DNA of 64,000 nucleotides from Patella caerulea. Taxonomy: Eukaryota. The DNA is taken from contig JAZGQO010000014.1 of NCBI GenBank assembly GCA_036850965.1, positions 6,662,208 through 6,726,207 on the forward strand, given 5' to 3'. The translations under genes were made by a program, and so were the position numbers. Position 1 is the first letter of the stretch; every line of letters begins with the position of its first letter. The notes under the pieces are model-generated. The model had not been told where the DNA came from. It ran no database searches and saw only the letters and a program-made list of their open reading frames with translations. Shown piece by piece: positions 48,420 through 59,496 of the stretch.

Positions 48420-50830
48420 GCTGGACGTGATTGTTGACAAGTTCTTGGATGTGATGAAATGGATGTGATCATTGACAATAATGATGATTATGGGTGTGAT
48501 TTTTGACAGGGTCATAATTTTTTAATTGTAAATGAAATGAATGTCCTGCTGCTGAGCATTTTCCGCTTAGGGTAAGCAGAGATAAGCAATTTGATTGGTT
48601 GATGCTTTGGGACACGATACCTTTAGTTCTAATTAAGTGAGAGTGATGAAACTTGGTGTATAGTTTCATTATAGTAATACCTTGACTAAGTTCGATAATG
48701 AGCATTTTCTGCTCAGGGTAAGCAGAGCGATAAGCAATTTGATTGGTCGAGACTTTGGAACACAATAACTCTCCTTCTAATTTAGTTAAAATGTTCAAAC
48801 TTGGTGTATATGCTTATTAGCACTCGGCTAATCTCGACAGATTCCGTAAACTACGTAGACTACATCTAGTCTCGGATGTATGACAGTAAGTGATATGTAC
48901 CTACGCCCATACATTTGCGATGCGGCTACCGGTTTACTTTAACAGGAAAACTTGACGCTATTACACAAATTGGGAACCTATTCGGCTAGCGACCTATTCG
49001 ACCGATCGAGCTGCAACCTGTTCGTTGGAAACCTATTTAGAGTAAAGACAACAGTCTCTATTTATCAACCAATAAAATCCAACGTTATGTCTATCAAATG
49101 AAAGTAGAATATATTATTTTTTATCCATTCCTTCAGCTCAGAATAGAAGTGTAATTTCGTCATTATCTTACAGCTGGATCCGTCGAATAGGTCGCTAGCC
49201 AAATAGGTCGCCAACTTGTGTTTGGAATGGGCGCAGCCATGTTTCATCCGGGACCTTTAAAGTAGTTCCAATATGGCGGAATTCATCGTACAGCCGAGTT
49301 TAGATTCCGAAATCTTCCGAGGTTTGCCGAGTGTGCTTATTAGGTCAATGCCTTGATGGAGTTAGAAGATGAGCATTTTCCGCTTAGGGTAGGCAGAGAT
49401 AAGCAATTTGATTGGTTGATGCTTTGAGACACGATAACTTTAGTTCTAATTAAGTGAGAGTGATGAAACTTGGTGTATAGTTTCATTACAGTAATACCTT
49501 GACTAAGATCGATAATGAGCATTTTCTGCTCAGGGTAAGCAGAGCGATAAGCAATTTGATTTGCCGAGACTTTGGAACACAATAACTCTCCTTCGAATTG
49601 AGTTAAAATGTTCAAAATTGGTGTGTATGCTTATTAGGTCAATGCCTTGATGGAGTTCGAAGATGAGCATTTTCTTCTTACGGTAGGCAGATATAAGCAA
49701 TTTTTGGATGACACTTCGTGTTCAGTTTGATTGGTCGATACGTTTGAAAAAAATAAATGTGCGATTAATTAATATATCATCTATTTATTTTGGGATTTCG
49801 GCGGGGGACATCAGTCTCACTGTTGGCTTGTTCTCGTGATCACTCGAAAAGTTTATCTGGAAAAAAGAAATGAAAATGCTAACTATCTGCCTGCCTTAAG
49901 ACAAACAATGTTATTTCAATATTAACACTGGAGTTATGTGGTAATTAATGATAAAAAGCAGGACGTGATTCCTGACAATCAAACTGACAAGTAGGATAGT
50001 GGATAGTTGTCTCATAGGTCGGCTAACAACTGAATTTATTTTTTCCTTCAGTAAGCAGCTTCTGAGAGAAACATTCATAATAATTCTTCGTGGTCTGAAT
50101 TTTTATTACTAATATAATTAATGATGATAATGTATACAGAATATCAAATGATAGTAAAATGCAGTAGAGACGTGATTATTGACTTATTTAAACGCGTCCA
50201 AAGTGACGTCCGGGAGAAAACTCGAAGTCCAAAATCACGACCACAGAATAAAAATGATTACTTTAATTTTAGTTTCGATGAAAACAAGCAAAACATTGCA
50301 GATATGGGGGGATTGTTATAACGAAAACACGTTAAAACGGTTCTTTTTCGTTTGCGTTATACTATTGTTGTGTTTTCACATTATTGTTCTCAATCGTGAC
50401 GTTTCTCCCGGACGTGATTAGCTATCTTGTTCATTGACGGAAAACACTTACCGTTCATTATCCGCCATGATGGGTTGTCTGCACAGAGCATGCGCAGTAA
50501 ATCGGATAAGTTGACGATTACTGATTTCAAATAAAGAAGAGCGGACCGGTAACTACGGGTTCAATGCATTTTACATCGGTCAGAAAGTTTACTTTTTTCT
50601 CGGACGTGACGAAGATTTTTTGACGGAATCCACTACATATTTAATTGACAACATATAATTTCACATGTATATATTTCCTATTGGTTAAGTGGTATTTAAA
50701 ACACAAACAAATGTATAAAATAAAGAAGGAAACTGCGGAGATTGCTTTTAACAAAATAAAATGAGTTTTTATAATCGACGAGAAATTCACTATAAATTGA
50801 CGGAATTTCATCACGTACGTGAAACAATTT
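48420..50830. mobile_element. Candidate composite non-autonomous DNA element in a WDCP intron.
   Basis: - **Tandem blocks:** two blocks of a ~145-bp unit at 48540-48835 and 49340-49700 (unit junction GTCAATGCCTTGATGGAGTT).
- **Foldback:** a ~30-bp inverted repeat, GAACCTATTCGGCTAGCGACCTATTCGAC at 48975-49005 paired with GTCGAATAGGTCGCTAGCCAAATAGGTCGCC at 49181-49213.
- **Subterminal repeats:** at least 7 copies of GAyGTGATy..TTGACA / GGACGTGA near both edges, at 48424-48506, 49963, 50169, 50206, 50403, 50598 and 50810.
- **Overall:** the 48470-49620 ORFs are repeat-derived; no intact transposase is present. Confidence 0.35.
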
Positions 50831-51259
50831 TTAAAACAGTATTTATTCACCAATTCGAAGATAAAATATGATAAAACAACCTAAACCTGATAATAATACA
50901 ATATAGACACCATTAAAACTTACCTGTATGTTTTTTAGAGCTAAAGTGTCAAATATATACAACAGTCAAGTTGGGTCATAAGGCCATGTCACAAATGGCC
51001 GTCATTAAATTGCTTCGTTTTTGTAGGGAATAATTAAAAAATAAACAAAAGAATACATTAAACACGCTGAAATTGTTTTTTATATCTCTTTTATTACTTT
51101 TCTTTAGACTAAACTCAGAAGTATAACAAACAAATAATATATGCAATCTTTTTTGGCCATTTAGTTGAGATACACCTTACTACACTCATTAGTGTGGATA
51201 TATTAAATTTAATATCACATTATTATTAGATATATTAAAGTATCAAACAAGCTAATCAT

Positions 51260-51515
51260 GGCCATGATATTTTAAAGTAGCTAAGTCTCTAATTCAATAT
51301 CATTCCAAGTCTTCAACATTGAAAACATGAATTATGTGTCAATTTAAATCAACAATTGATGTTGTCACTTTACTGGGAAAAGATGGGCATCTGATATCCA
51401 ATATTTATGACATGATAAACATTTTACCATTGGTACCCTGAATCCTTACCATAATGCGATTCAGTGGCATTTGTTACAAGGGACAGGAAGAACAAGGCTA
51501 GATATATTCCACAAG
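51260..51515. mobile_element. Second copy of the MITE-family element interior (see 27802-28095), with a deleted left TIR.
   Basis: ~250 bp collinear with 27850-28090. The terminus is reduced to GGCCATGATATTTTAAAGTAGC. Confidence 0.45.
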
Positions 51516-52383
51516 TCATGTCAATTTCTAGGTCCCATATATATTCAATTACTCCTTTAACTTTGAGAATATTTTATCAACTTTTCAATGTTAGCAGACA
51601 TATTTATTAATTATATTGATTTATTGATTTCCAACATTTCAGACTGCATTATTTACATACCTTCACCATATATAACGAATTATGAAAAAAATGTTGCCTG
51701 CTTTGGTAACATCCAGTCACCCATCCCTTTTTTCTGAGATGGCATGTAAATACTAAAAGGATTTTGAGTTTCCGACATATTTGACTTCAAAATGACTTTA
51801 TTTTTATTTAACCAATACCTCGAAAAGACAAACTATTTTTAAAATTTACGCTATTTGTTACATTTCCATTGTTTTCTTCGGTTGTTTTCAATTGCTATTT
51901 TCTAAAAATTAAAGCTATAACATGTTTTAAAATGGTTGCTATTGTCACATACATGTACCATATGAAAAGTTTTTGAATTTAAAGAGCGTTTATCATTATC
52001 CTTAGGAATCTTAGGATCCATTCACTTTATTTGATAGTTGTTATTTATTTCTTGCAAGATCTATGTAGTTTGACTCGTCTGCAGGTTTTTCTTGTCAGTT
52101 TTGTTTTGTTTGTTGTGTGGTTCTCTTGTACTTATTATTAAAATAGACAAAAAAGGGTCTGTTCATGATTATTCTGTCATTTATGATCAGCAATTTTTAA
52201 ATATTTCTGTTTTGCCTAAATTACATTATGATCCCATATTTTAACAGTAAAGTAACGACATCGATATTGATTGAAATGGACTAATTATGATTTCCAATTG
52301 GAGTTTAGTTCATTTAAATTTATGCATAGGTGTTTTGATGCTTTGAACCATGTGTCACAGATATTATTTATATGTATCATATG

Positions 52384-52508
52384 TATTATATTTTATAGCA
52401 ATATAGACAGTACATGTATATCTTGGAGTAGGGATATAATGTATTTTATATTATATTTGATAGCAATGTAGACAGTGTATGTTGGAGTAAGGATATAGAC
52501 CCTACAAC
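52384..52508. repeat. Tandem duplication, ~63 bp x2 (TATTATATTTkATAGCAATrTAGACAGTrcATGT..TTGGAGTArGGATATA...).
   Basis: Direct read. The first copy holds the tentative microexon; the second copy carries in-frame stops. Confidence 0.55.
52399..52427 (+). CDS. WDCP: Tentative 29-nt microexon (DNIDSTCISW), phase-compatible with exon 2 and the following exon.
   Basis: The acceptor is tattttatag|C. With the carry of GA the frame gives ..STCISW. A donor A|gtaggg leaves the 1-nt carry needed by the exon at 52523. The CxxSW motif resembles a segment of WDCP between the N-terminus and the HVTVW motif. It lies in the first copy of a 63-bp tandem duplication. No other phase 2-to-1 exon was found between 46966 and 52522. 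Confidence 0.3.
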
Positions 52509-52522
52509 TTGTTTTATGTCAG

Positions 52523-52624
52523 TAGTACATCAAAATAATGTTACAGTATGGAAAGTATCTGGCTCAACACCTAAGCTCGGCTTTAAACAAGTTCGAAAGA
52601 TTAATGTTAAACCAATTCAACAAG
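52523..52624 (+). CDS. WDCP: WDCP-like exon (..VHQNNVTVWKVSGSTPKLGFKQVRKINVKPIQQ).
   Basis: The acceptor is ttttatgtcag. It needs a 1-nt carry in. The donor G|gtatgg leaves a 1-nt carry. HxxxVTVW matches the conserved WDCP motif. Confidence 0.6.
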
Positions 52625-52844
52625 GTATGGCTTTAACAATACGAATAAGTTTTTGGAAATGTTTTTAGAGGTTTTTCAATGATGATTTACATGTACAAGC
52701 CTTAGTTGATAAATAATAGAATACAACTACTATACTAATACAGAAGCCATGTTAGTCAAACAGCAGTACATTTGATTACAAATGCATTATTTATTGCAGT
52801 GTCCGTCTAGCAGTGAATATTATTATACTGTATGTCATGATGTG

Positions 52845-53100
52845 GGTGGGTGGTTGAGTGCTATAGTTTAGATTATAAAGGTCTGACCATAAGTCAAGAT
52901 CCCTGGTTTCAATCTCAAGCTTTTATGTGACGTGGAGTAAGGTCATTTATTGGCCAGTCTAATTCATATACTTTGGGTTCTTTGATTTCCTTTCACTGGT
53001 AAAAACATCTGTATAGCAGGGATTTATTGAACTAAAATTGAAAGATGTTAGTCCCAAGATGACCTAGTTTGTGTCATTGAACATTATACCCATTTCTCTT
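52845..53100 (+). mobile_element. tRNA-derived SINE (family-A core with a distinct head) in a WDCP intron, ~90 bp upstream of the exon at 53193.
   Basis: The tRNA-like head is GGTGGTTGAGTGCTATAGTTTAG...CCCTGGTTTCAATC. It carries a TGTGACGTGGAGTAAGG box. The shared core is ...GATGTTAGTCCCAAGATGACCTAGTTTGTGTCATTGAACAT. Confidence 0.55.
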
Positions 53101-53192
53101 TTTCAGGTCAGGTTTCATACCGAGGCCTAAAGTGTGCCCAGTCATGAGAATTATATTGTTTTGTACAATCTATTTATATATGTATATTTCAG

Positions 53193-53307
53193 GTGTTTTA
53201 TGGAATCCTAAATGTGATGTCCTGTGTTTATTTAGTAAAAATCAAGTCAGTTTTTATTTTAATCATTTAACAAAGAAAGGAAGTTATGCTTTTCCTCCAT
53301 TAGTAAG
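53193..53307 (+). CDS. WDCP: WDCP-like exon (GVLWNPKCDVLCLFSKNQVSFYFNHLTKKGSYAFPPLV).
   Basis: The acceptor is atatttcag. The phase is consistent with the previous exon. The donor is AG|gtaaag. Confidence 0.65.
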
Positions 53308-53564
53308 GTAAAGTTAGCTTTATTTTTATTGATGTACTTTGAGAAGTTTGTGATACACAAAATGATGATCATGTTTACTAATATAGATTATTAGATCATT
53401 CAAAAACCAATACACATCATTGTGCTGTCATGGAGTCATGGTACTTTCTACGAAGACAACTTTCCCCACAAACATATGATATGGTTTGGGGGTCATACAC
53501 TCCATTTATTTTGATAAGGCAAATTTTGGTTGTTTTTCAATGATCATAGTTTATTTTTTTCCAG

Positions 53565-53637
53565 TGGTAAGATTACAAGTGGGTGTTGGTCTAATGATGG
53601 TAATAAGTTATTGGTGTGTATTGGTTCATCGCTACTG
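53565..53637 (+). CDS. WDCP: WDCP-like exon (SGKITSGCWSNDGNKLLVCIGSSLL).
   Basis: The acceptor is tttttttccag. The phase links to the 2-nt carry. The donor is CTG|gtaagt. CW..DG..L.V..GSSL matches the WDCP WD-repeat segment. Confidence 0.7.
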
Positions 53638-53759
53638 GTAAGTATACATAATTATTATAATAACGGCAAAATGAAAATAATGAACAATGGAAACCTAAAA
53701 TTCAAGAATTTTGTATTTTCTAATTATTGATGTAAACTTATTCATTTTATTTTCGACAG

Positions 53760-53827
53760 ATTTATACTTGGACTGATATTGAAAACTCCCTAAGTGATTT
53801 TACACCAAGTGCATGGACTTTACCTAA
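53760..53827 (+). CDS. WDCP: WDCP-like exon (IYTWTDIENSLSDFTPSAWTLP).
   Basis: The acceptor is ttttcgacag. The donor is AA|gtaagt. Phase consistent. Confidence 0.65.
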
Positions 53828-54284
53828 GTAAGTTTTAAAACGAATTGTGAAAAAGTCTTGGCATTACAGGGTGGTTGATGCCTGTTTTTTTTTAAGAGTG
53901 ATTTTTCAAATGGTGTATGGCACACCAAAATGAAATTAATGATAATCAAACAGCAAAAACAGTATACTGAAATTAATGCATTCAATCTTACAGTGTTGGC
54001 ATTTAAAAAAAAATCATTAATAGTAAGTGCACTAAATTATCATAACATAGAAAAAACACATAACACCCCAATACCTTTAACATAAATACTTCTTTCAAAC
54101 CTAAAATATATCAGGACTATAAACATGTATTTGCTGATTTACAATATTTGATGTTCCAAACACCTAAATGACAGCTTTGAATTAAAAATTTCTTTTATCC
54201 TAATTTACTTACTCACAACAGAATGTTTGTGTCACAGCCAATCAATATTCATGCATAAATAAAATATAAAATTACTTGTTTTAG

Positions 54285-54397
54285 GTCTGATGGTAATGTA
54301 ACAGCTATAGTACCCATCAGTCAAAATAAATATGTATGTTGTGTTGATTTACCCTTAGAAAGATTATGTCAGAATCAAGATGTGTTTCTTATGCCAG
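54285..54397 (+). CDS. WDCP: WDCP-like exon (KSDGNVTAIVPISQNKYVCCVDLPLERLCQNQDVFLMP).
   Basis: The acceptor is cttgttttag. The donor is G|gttagt. Phase consistent. Confidence 0.65.
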
Positions 54398-54521
54398 GTT
54401 AGTCTATAAATCTATAACCTTTTCTATTTCATTATTTCTCTAAATTATATTGCAATCAAAACCCAGTCGATGATAAATACACCATGTCAATTGATACGTT
54501 TTATTTTTCTTTACTAAACAG

Positions 54522-54640
54522 AGTTACCTGCCAATTTAAGTCGCCATGACTCAAAAGAGAAGAGGAGAGAAGATTTAATAAAAGCAACTAAGTCTTCCTC
54601 AATAAAAGAAAATCTGCTCAATCTTCCCAAGAATCCAGAG
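54522..54640 (+). CDS. WDCP: WDCP-like exon (ELPANLSRHDSKEKRREDLIKATKSSSIKENLLNLPKNPE).
   Basis: The acceptor is ctaaacag. The alternative AG two bases downstream gives an in-frame stop. The donor is GAG|gtattt. Confidence 0.65.
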
Positions 54641-55306
54641 GTATTTATATTGCTTTAGTTTTAGTACTCTTACTTTAGACATAACAAGAAGAGGCACTCA
54701 ACATTATCCACTACCACTGCCACTGGTTGGGTGATCCAATGCTTTAACGCATGCACCTTAATTCATGCGGTCTGTCATTAAGTCAAACTTTGTGCTGTGG
54801 TTTTGATTTTCTTTTGTCTAACCTCATCGGTTTTCTCTGGGTCTTCCGATTTCCTCCCACTGACTTAGATTTTGTTGAGTTGGCGTTAAACCAAATTTCT
54901 CTCTCTCTTATCCAGAGGCCATGTTTACCAAAAAACTTCAGTCAAGTTACTTGGGAAATAATAAGAAAAAACGCCAATAACTTCTGTAACATATATGTGG
55001 TTGCAAATTAACCAGCATGAATGTTTTAGACCATGATTTATGATGGTCAAGATCATTTAGTAGTTTAACACAGCCAAAAATTATTGTTGGACTGTTTTAC
55101 GGCAATTAACAGTTAACGGGAGGTTACTCTGTCTAAGTTTGATAATAGTAACAGGTGATGTAAGCTAGCTGGAAAGTGTGCAAGAAAGAGGCAAGTATGT
55201 AGACCTTGGAGCTCCATGCAAAGTTGCGTATCGGGCTGGTATTATTATATATAAAATAGTATTATTATTTGCACATTAAATCAATGGTTTTATTGTTTTA
55301 TTTTAG

Positions 55307-55429
55307 GCGATTATAAATGACAGTTCACAACTTATATACTTTCAAATAAATGATGATGCTAGAAGTTCTGTTAGATTAAACACCACATCATTACAAGGTC
55401 TTGTCTCCCCAGATTTATTAACTCATGAG
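55307..55429 (+). CDS. WDCP: WDCP-like exon (AIINDSSQLIYFQINDDARSSVRLNTTSLQGLVSPDLLTHE).
   Basis: The acceptor is tttattttag. The donor is GAG|gtaagg. Phase 0 in and out. Confidence 0.65.
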
Positions 55430-55681
55430 GTAAGGATTTCTTTTCTTTGTAAGTACTAGAAATATAGCCCTTTTACATCAGACATTCAACTATAAACTTC
55501 TGTATGTTTAAAAGTGATATATTAAAATGATATAACTAGAAAAATAAACAAATTATTGGCATATATACTTAAATAGTTGTTTGCCTCTGTTAATAGAAAG
55601 GAACGTGGGTCATAGATATTACAATATTCTGTGTATTAATTATTGATTTGTGTATATAATTATGTTTTACTGTTTTTCAAG

Positions 55682-55774
55682 CCAAGTGGATGTATTATAG
55701 TAGGAAGTAATAGTCAGAATAGTCTACAGATATTTACACTAACTGATTCAAGTCTAATTAAATCATCAGAAATA
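55682..55774 (+). CDS. WDCP: WDCP-like exon (PSGCIIVGSNSQNSLQIFTLTDSSLIKSSEI).
   Basis: The acceptor is tgtttttcaag. The donor is ATA|gtaaga. Phase 0. Confidence 0.65.
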
Positions 55775-55944
55775 GTAAGACTATTTATACATACACAATT
55801 ATTTCTTTTATTATCGTACAAACCTTGTGCGATTTGTAAATTACTATGTTGTGTGGTAACTGTCTTCCACTGTGAATTATATGCATTTTCCATTCATTTT
55901 ACTAAAATCATGTTAATAATACATTTTCTTTTTACGTTAACAAG

Positions 55945-56122
55945 GTGCTACAAAAATCACAAAGACCAAAAGGTATCTGCTGTCCCTATAGTAGTTTAAG
56001 AGAGAGTCAGAATGGAGTACTAGTGTTAGTTGGTCAACCAGCTAAAAAAGATGTTTTATTTCCATCTGCTACCACAGAATCTCAGTTTGATTTAACCATT
56101 TATTATTATCCTGTAAAACCAG
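55945..56122 (+). CDS. WDCP: WDCP-like exon (VLQKSQRPKGICCPYSSLRESQNGVLVLVGQPAKKDVLFPSATTESQFDLTIYYYPVKP).
   Basis: The acceptor is cgttaacaag. The donor is G|gtacat. RPKGIC matches a conserved WDCP motif. Confidence 0.7.
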
Positions 56123-56298
56123 GTACATAGTTTGCCTTTTAAAGATATAATTGATCATAGTCCCTTGTCTTCCTACCAATCAGAGTTTTAGAGATTTAAA
56201 ATCTTTTCAGAATTCAGTCTCACTATGATTTTGCACAGAGTTAGTTTGAAGGTTTTTAGGAGAGACGGTATCAATATTTAGAATCAGGCATCGAGTAT

Positions 56299-56694
56299 GG
56301 CCCTGGACCTTTAAAAACATGATAGCCACCCATTTAAAAATAAATCTGGTAGGCATATATTGATAGCTTAGCTATGCTATGTTTATAAACAGTTTAAGAA
56401 CACATCTGTGTGTTTGTCCTTGTAAGATTTATTAATGATGTAATTTTTATAAATTTTAGAGAAAACGCTACAGCATTTCCAGCGTCATTTAGGAATGGCC
56501 CTGGACCTTTAAAAACATGATAGCCATCCATTTAAAAATAAATCTGGTAGGCATATATTGATAGCTTAGCTATGCTATGTTTATAAACAGTTTAAGAACA
56601 CATCTGTGTGTTTGTCCTTGTAAGATTTATTAATGATGTAATTTTTATAAATTTTAGAGAAAACGCTACAGCATTTCCAGAGTCATTTAGGAAT
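56299..56694. repeat. Perfect-phase tandem duplication, 198 bp x2 (copies 56299-56496 and 56497-56694, 2 mismatches), spanning the intron/exon boundary of the large WDCP exon.
   Basis: Each copy ends ...TTTTATAAATTTTAG|AGAAAACGCTACAGCATTTCCAG(C/A)GTCATTTAGGAAT. Only the second copy continues in an open frame. Confidence 0.85.
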
Positions 56695-57447
56695 ACCAGA
56701 AGTTAAAAACATAAAAGCAAGCTCAGATTTGAGAGCTAAAAGTATCAGTGAATCAGCTTTACAAAATGTGAAAGTAACTAATGATACACCAAATTCACAA
56801 GAACATAATATCAAAATACACTTGGATAACACAGATTCAAACCAATCATCCAAAATCTTGGTATCTTCTTTAGATGGTTCCACAGATTCAAACATTCTCG
56901 AAACTCAAAAAACACATTTCAAAGATATTACTCCAAAATTTCATAACGACTTAGAAATCATAAACAACCAAAGTGAAAAAAAGAAAAGTAGAATGAAACA
57001 GGTTAAAGTGAAAGGTGAAAAACAATTTGATGAGGAAAATGGGACGGAATATATTAGCAAAAAAGCTCAGATAGCGCATATCAGTAAGGAAAGTGAAACA
57101 GAACAATCTTGCAAGAACAAAGATCAGTGTAAAATTAATTTAAATGGTACAAGTGACACCAATCAAATTGCGACTGATAAAATCAGTACACAATTTGAAA
57201 CTGAAAAGACAGTCCAGAATAATTCTAATCGTGCTGTTAATGTTAAAAATGAGGTTGCTTATACCAGTTCTGTTCAGACCCATTCAGCAAATTTAACTGT
57301 ATTAGAAGATTCTCTTTCCGATCTGGGACTGCCTAGTAGTAGTTTAAGTATGTGTAGTGATGATAATTATGAATTTTTGGAGAAAGTAGTGGAGAGCCAG
57401 AAGGATCAAATAGAAGAATTACAGAAAAAAGTCAAAAATTTATCTAA
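56658..57447 (+). CDS. WDCP: WDCP-like large exon encoding the Ser/Asn/Lys/Glu-rich low-complexity middle region, ending in the coiled-coil ..QKDQIEELQKKVKNLS.
   Basis: The acceptor is aattttag at 56650-56657, inside the second copy of a 198-bp tandem duplication. The ORF is open from 56658. The donor is AA|gtaaga at 57448, so the stop seen in the ORF track is intronic. Confidence 0.65.
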
Positions 57448-57551
57448 GTAAGATTATCTTTATTTCATATACATATAAAAACACTTCTACTGTTATATAT
57501 CCTTGAAGTTCCTTGCTATTACATACATGACAGAAGTAGAGTATTTTAGCT

Positions 57552-57896
57552 TGGGGGCCACGGTGGCTAGCCTGAAGGACGCATGTTCGATCCCTGCCTT
57601 AGCCAAGAAAGTTCATCAGGATTTTCCGACATGGTTTCTCCTTGTCAGTGGTGCAGGATGGTGGGACTGACAAGGACAGCTGACTAGTCATTTGGATGGT
57701 ACGGAAAAAAAACGATGACACGTGTATACATTGGCGTGCATTTAAAAGATCCCTTGGCAGTTGAAATTTGATGTAAGGGTAGGCCATAGTGCCGCTGTCC
57801 AGGCAAAACTTCCATCATAGCACACTGTTTGGCATATGTCCATCTCATTAGCCCAGCAGGAGCAAAACAGTAAGACGTTAAACCCCATTTCCTTTC
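57552..57896 (+). mobile_element. tRNA-derived SINE (family B), full length, in a WDCP intron.
   Basis: The head is TTGGGGGCCACGGTGGCTAGCCTGAAGGACGCATGTTCGATCCCTGCC, with a tRNA-like T-arm. The tail is ...CAGTAAGACGTTAAACCCCATTTCCTTTC. It is collinear with 62166-62512. Confidence 0.7.
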
Positions 57897-58105
57897 ATTA
57901 TTATTTAGCTTTCCTACATACTGTAGATGTGTTTTGGGTGGATACATTTGAAATTTTTAGTATAGGGCAATTACTGTATGTGCTAAAGAATATTGTAATT
58001 AAAGTATTGTAATCACTTTAGATATAATTTTGAATGTCTGCTCTTGCCTTAACTTTATATGAAATGAACACAGTTAAAGGGCTTCTTTTGGTTTTTGTTT
58101 TTCAG

Positions 58106-58164
58106 GCTTGTTGACAAAAGTTCGGTCATTGAAATTACTAAATACCAAACCCCTGAAAAGCCAG
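58106..58164 (+). CDS. WDCP: WDCP-like exon (KLVDKSSVIEITKYQTPEKP).
   Basis: The acceptor is gtttttcag. The donor is G|gttgtt. Phase consistent. Confidence 0.6.
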
Positions 58165-58711
58165 GTTGTTTTATATACATGTATTCTTGTTGTTATTTAT
58201 ATTTACATTTAAAAAATTAGGCAAATTTGATTGCATGGCATTAAATAACTTGATATTTTAAGTTGAGAAATTATGCACATTTTTGAAAATATTACATGAC
58301 ATGTAAGTTATGCAAAAGAAAAGGCTTGACTAGGTGACCTTCAACTGTGAAGTTGGAATTAGTTCCATTTAAACGCTTTAAGAAAACAAACTAACCTTAG
58401 TTAACGTCCCAAACTTATCATCCGACTGACTTCAGATTGATACACAGAGTTTAAACAAACAAGCATTTTGATTTTCATGAATTTTGATCACTGAACAGTT
58501 AAATCCATGATATTAAATGTTTGAATATAATAAACATTATTGTGGGGCAGAACTTTATAAAAACTAAACAAATTCTAATGATTTTCTGATAATTACTTAA
58601 TGAGTTGTTACTCTTAATCAGATTTTAGTTTATTACAAATGTTTCATTACCGAAAAAAGTAAAATATGCGACAATTCTTATTTAGCTGCTGCGGCATATG
58701 TTTTGTTGCCT

Positions 58712-58840
58712 GGCAGCCTATCTTAATACCTTATTTGCAAATTAAGGTAAACTTTGAATTGCTGAAATTTTGGCAGCCTATCTTTATACCTTATTTGCAA
58801 ATTAAGGTAAACTTTGAATTGCTGAAATTTTCTTTACTGT
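58712..58840. repeat. Intronic tandem duplication, ~64 bp x2 (GGCAGCCTATCTTwATACCTTATTTGCAAATTAAGGTAAACTTTGAATTGCTGAAATTTT).
   Basis: Direct read of two adjacent near-identical units. Confidence 0.7.
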
Positions 58841-58876
58841 AACCACTTAATTAAAATATTCTTATTGTACTTATAG

Positions 58877-59008
58877 ATTCTGTCAAGATAACTTGTTTAT
58901 ACGAAAGTGGTAGCTCTTTAACAAAGAAATTTTTATTGGACAATGGTAGATTACAGCTTGCAGAAATAAAAAGAGCTTTTAAGCTTGATTATATTGCACT
59001 TGTAATAG
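58877..59008 (+). CDS. WDCP: WDCP-like exon (DSVKITCLYESGSSLTKKFLLDNGRLQLAEIKRAFKLDYIALVI).
   Basis: The acceptor is gtacttatag. The donor is G|gtatgt. Phase consistent. Confidence 0.65.
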
Positions 59009-59496
59009 GTATGTACACGTAGGCAAAGTTGTCGCTGCGATCTTTTTATATTTCGCCCCTGTCCATATATATGCACACTTCTTGTTAGTGCCCGACAGGT
59101 CAGATTTTAGTTGATTATTTTTTAAAACATTCTGGGAGTAATCAGCTAGCCCTATAAAGTAACCTTTTCAAATGTAAAAGCCTGGCCCTGTCATCAAAAC
59201 CTTGTAAACAATCAATAGAACAGACTTTCAAACTTGTTAAGATTGTTTGGCTAGTCCTATAAAGGAACCCAATTGAACTTCAAACTTGCCCATCAATTTT
59301 ATGCATAGTTATCACTGAAAACTTCAAATCCACACTTCAAAATGCTGCTGGTAGGCATATAATAAGATGCCCACAAAAATGTTTTTTTTGAAAGTTTCAG
59401 TTCAGAATACTGAGTCATTTGATCGCCAAAACTGTTTAACTGGTTTTGTAAGTCATTCAGATATTTTGTCGCCTAACAAGTAATCTGATATGGCGG

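Noticed and set aside
53101-53106. Strong acceptor-like tttcag supplied by the 3' end of the intronic SINE, 87 bp upstream of the exon at 53193.
   Set aside because: Using it gives an in-frame TAA after 8 codons. The phase-consistent acceptor is at 53191-53192. It remains a potential cryptic site only.
56729-57451. ORF track entry shown as a stand-alone 240-aa protein starting with M.
   Set aside because: The M is a TTG translated as a start. The frame is open upstream to the acceptor at 56658, and the downstream end is a GT donor (AA|gtaaga), so the taa that ends the track ORF is intronic. It is an internal exon of the multi-exon gene.
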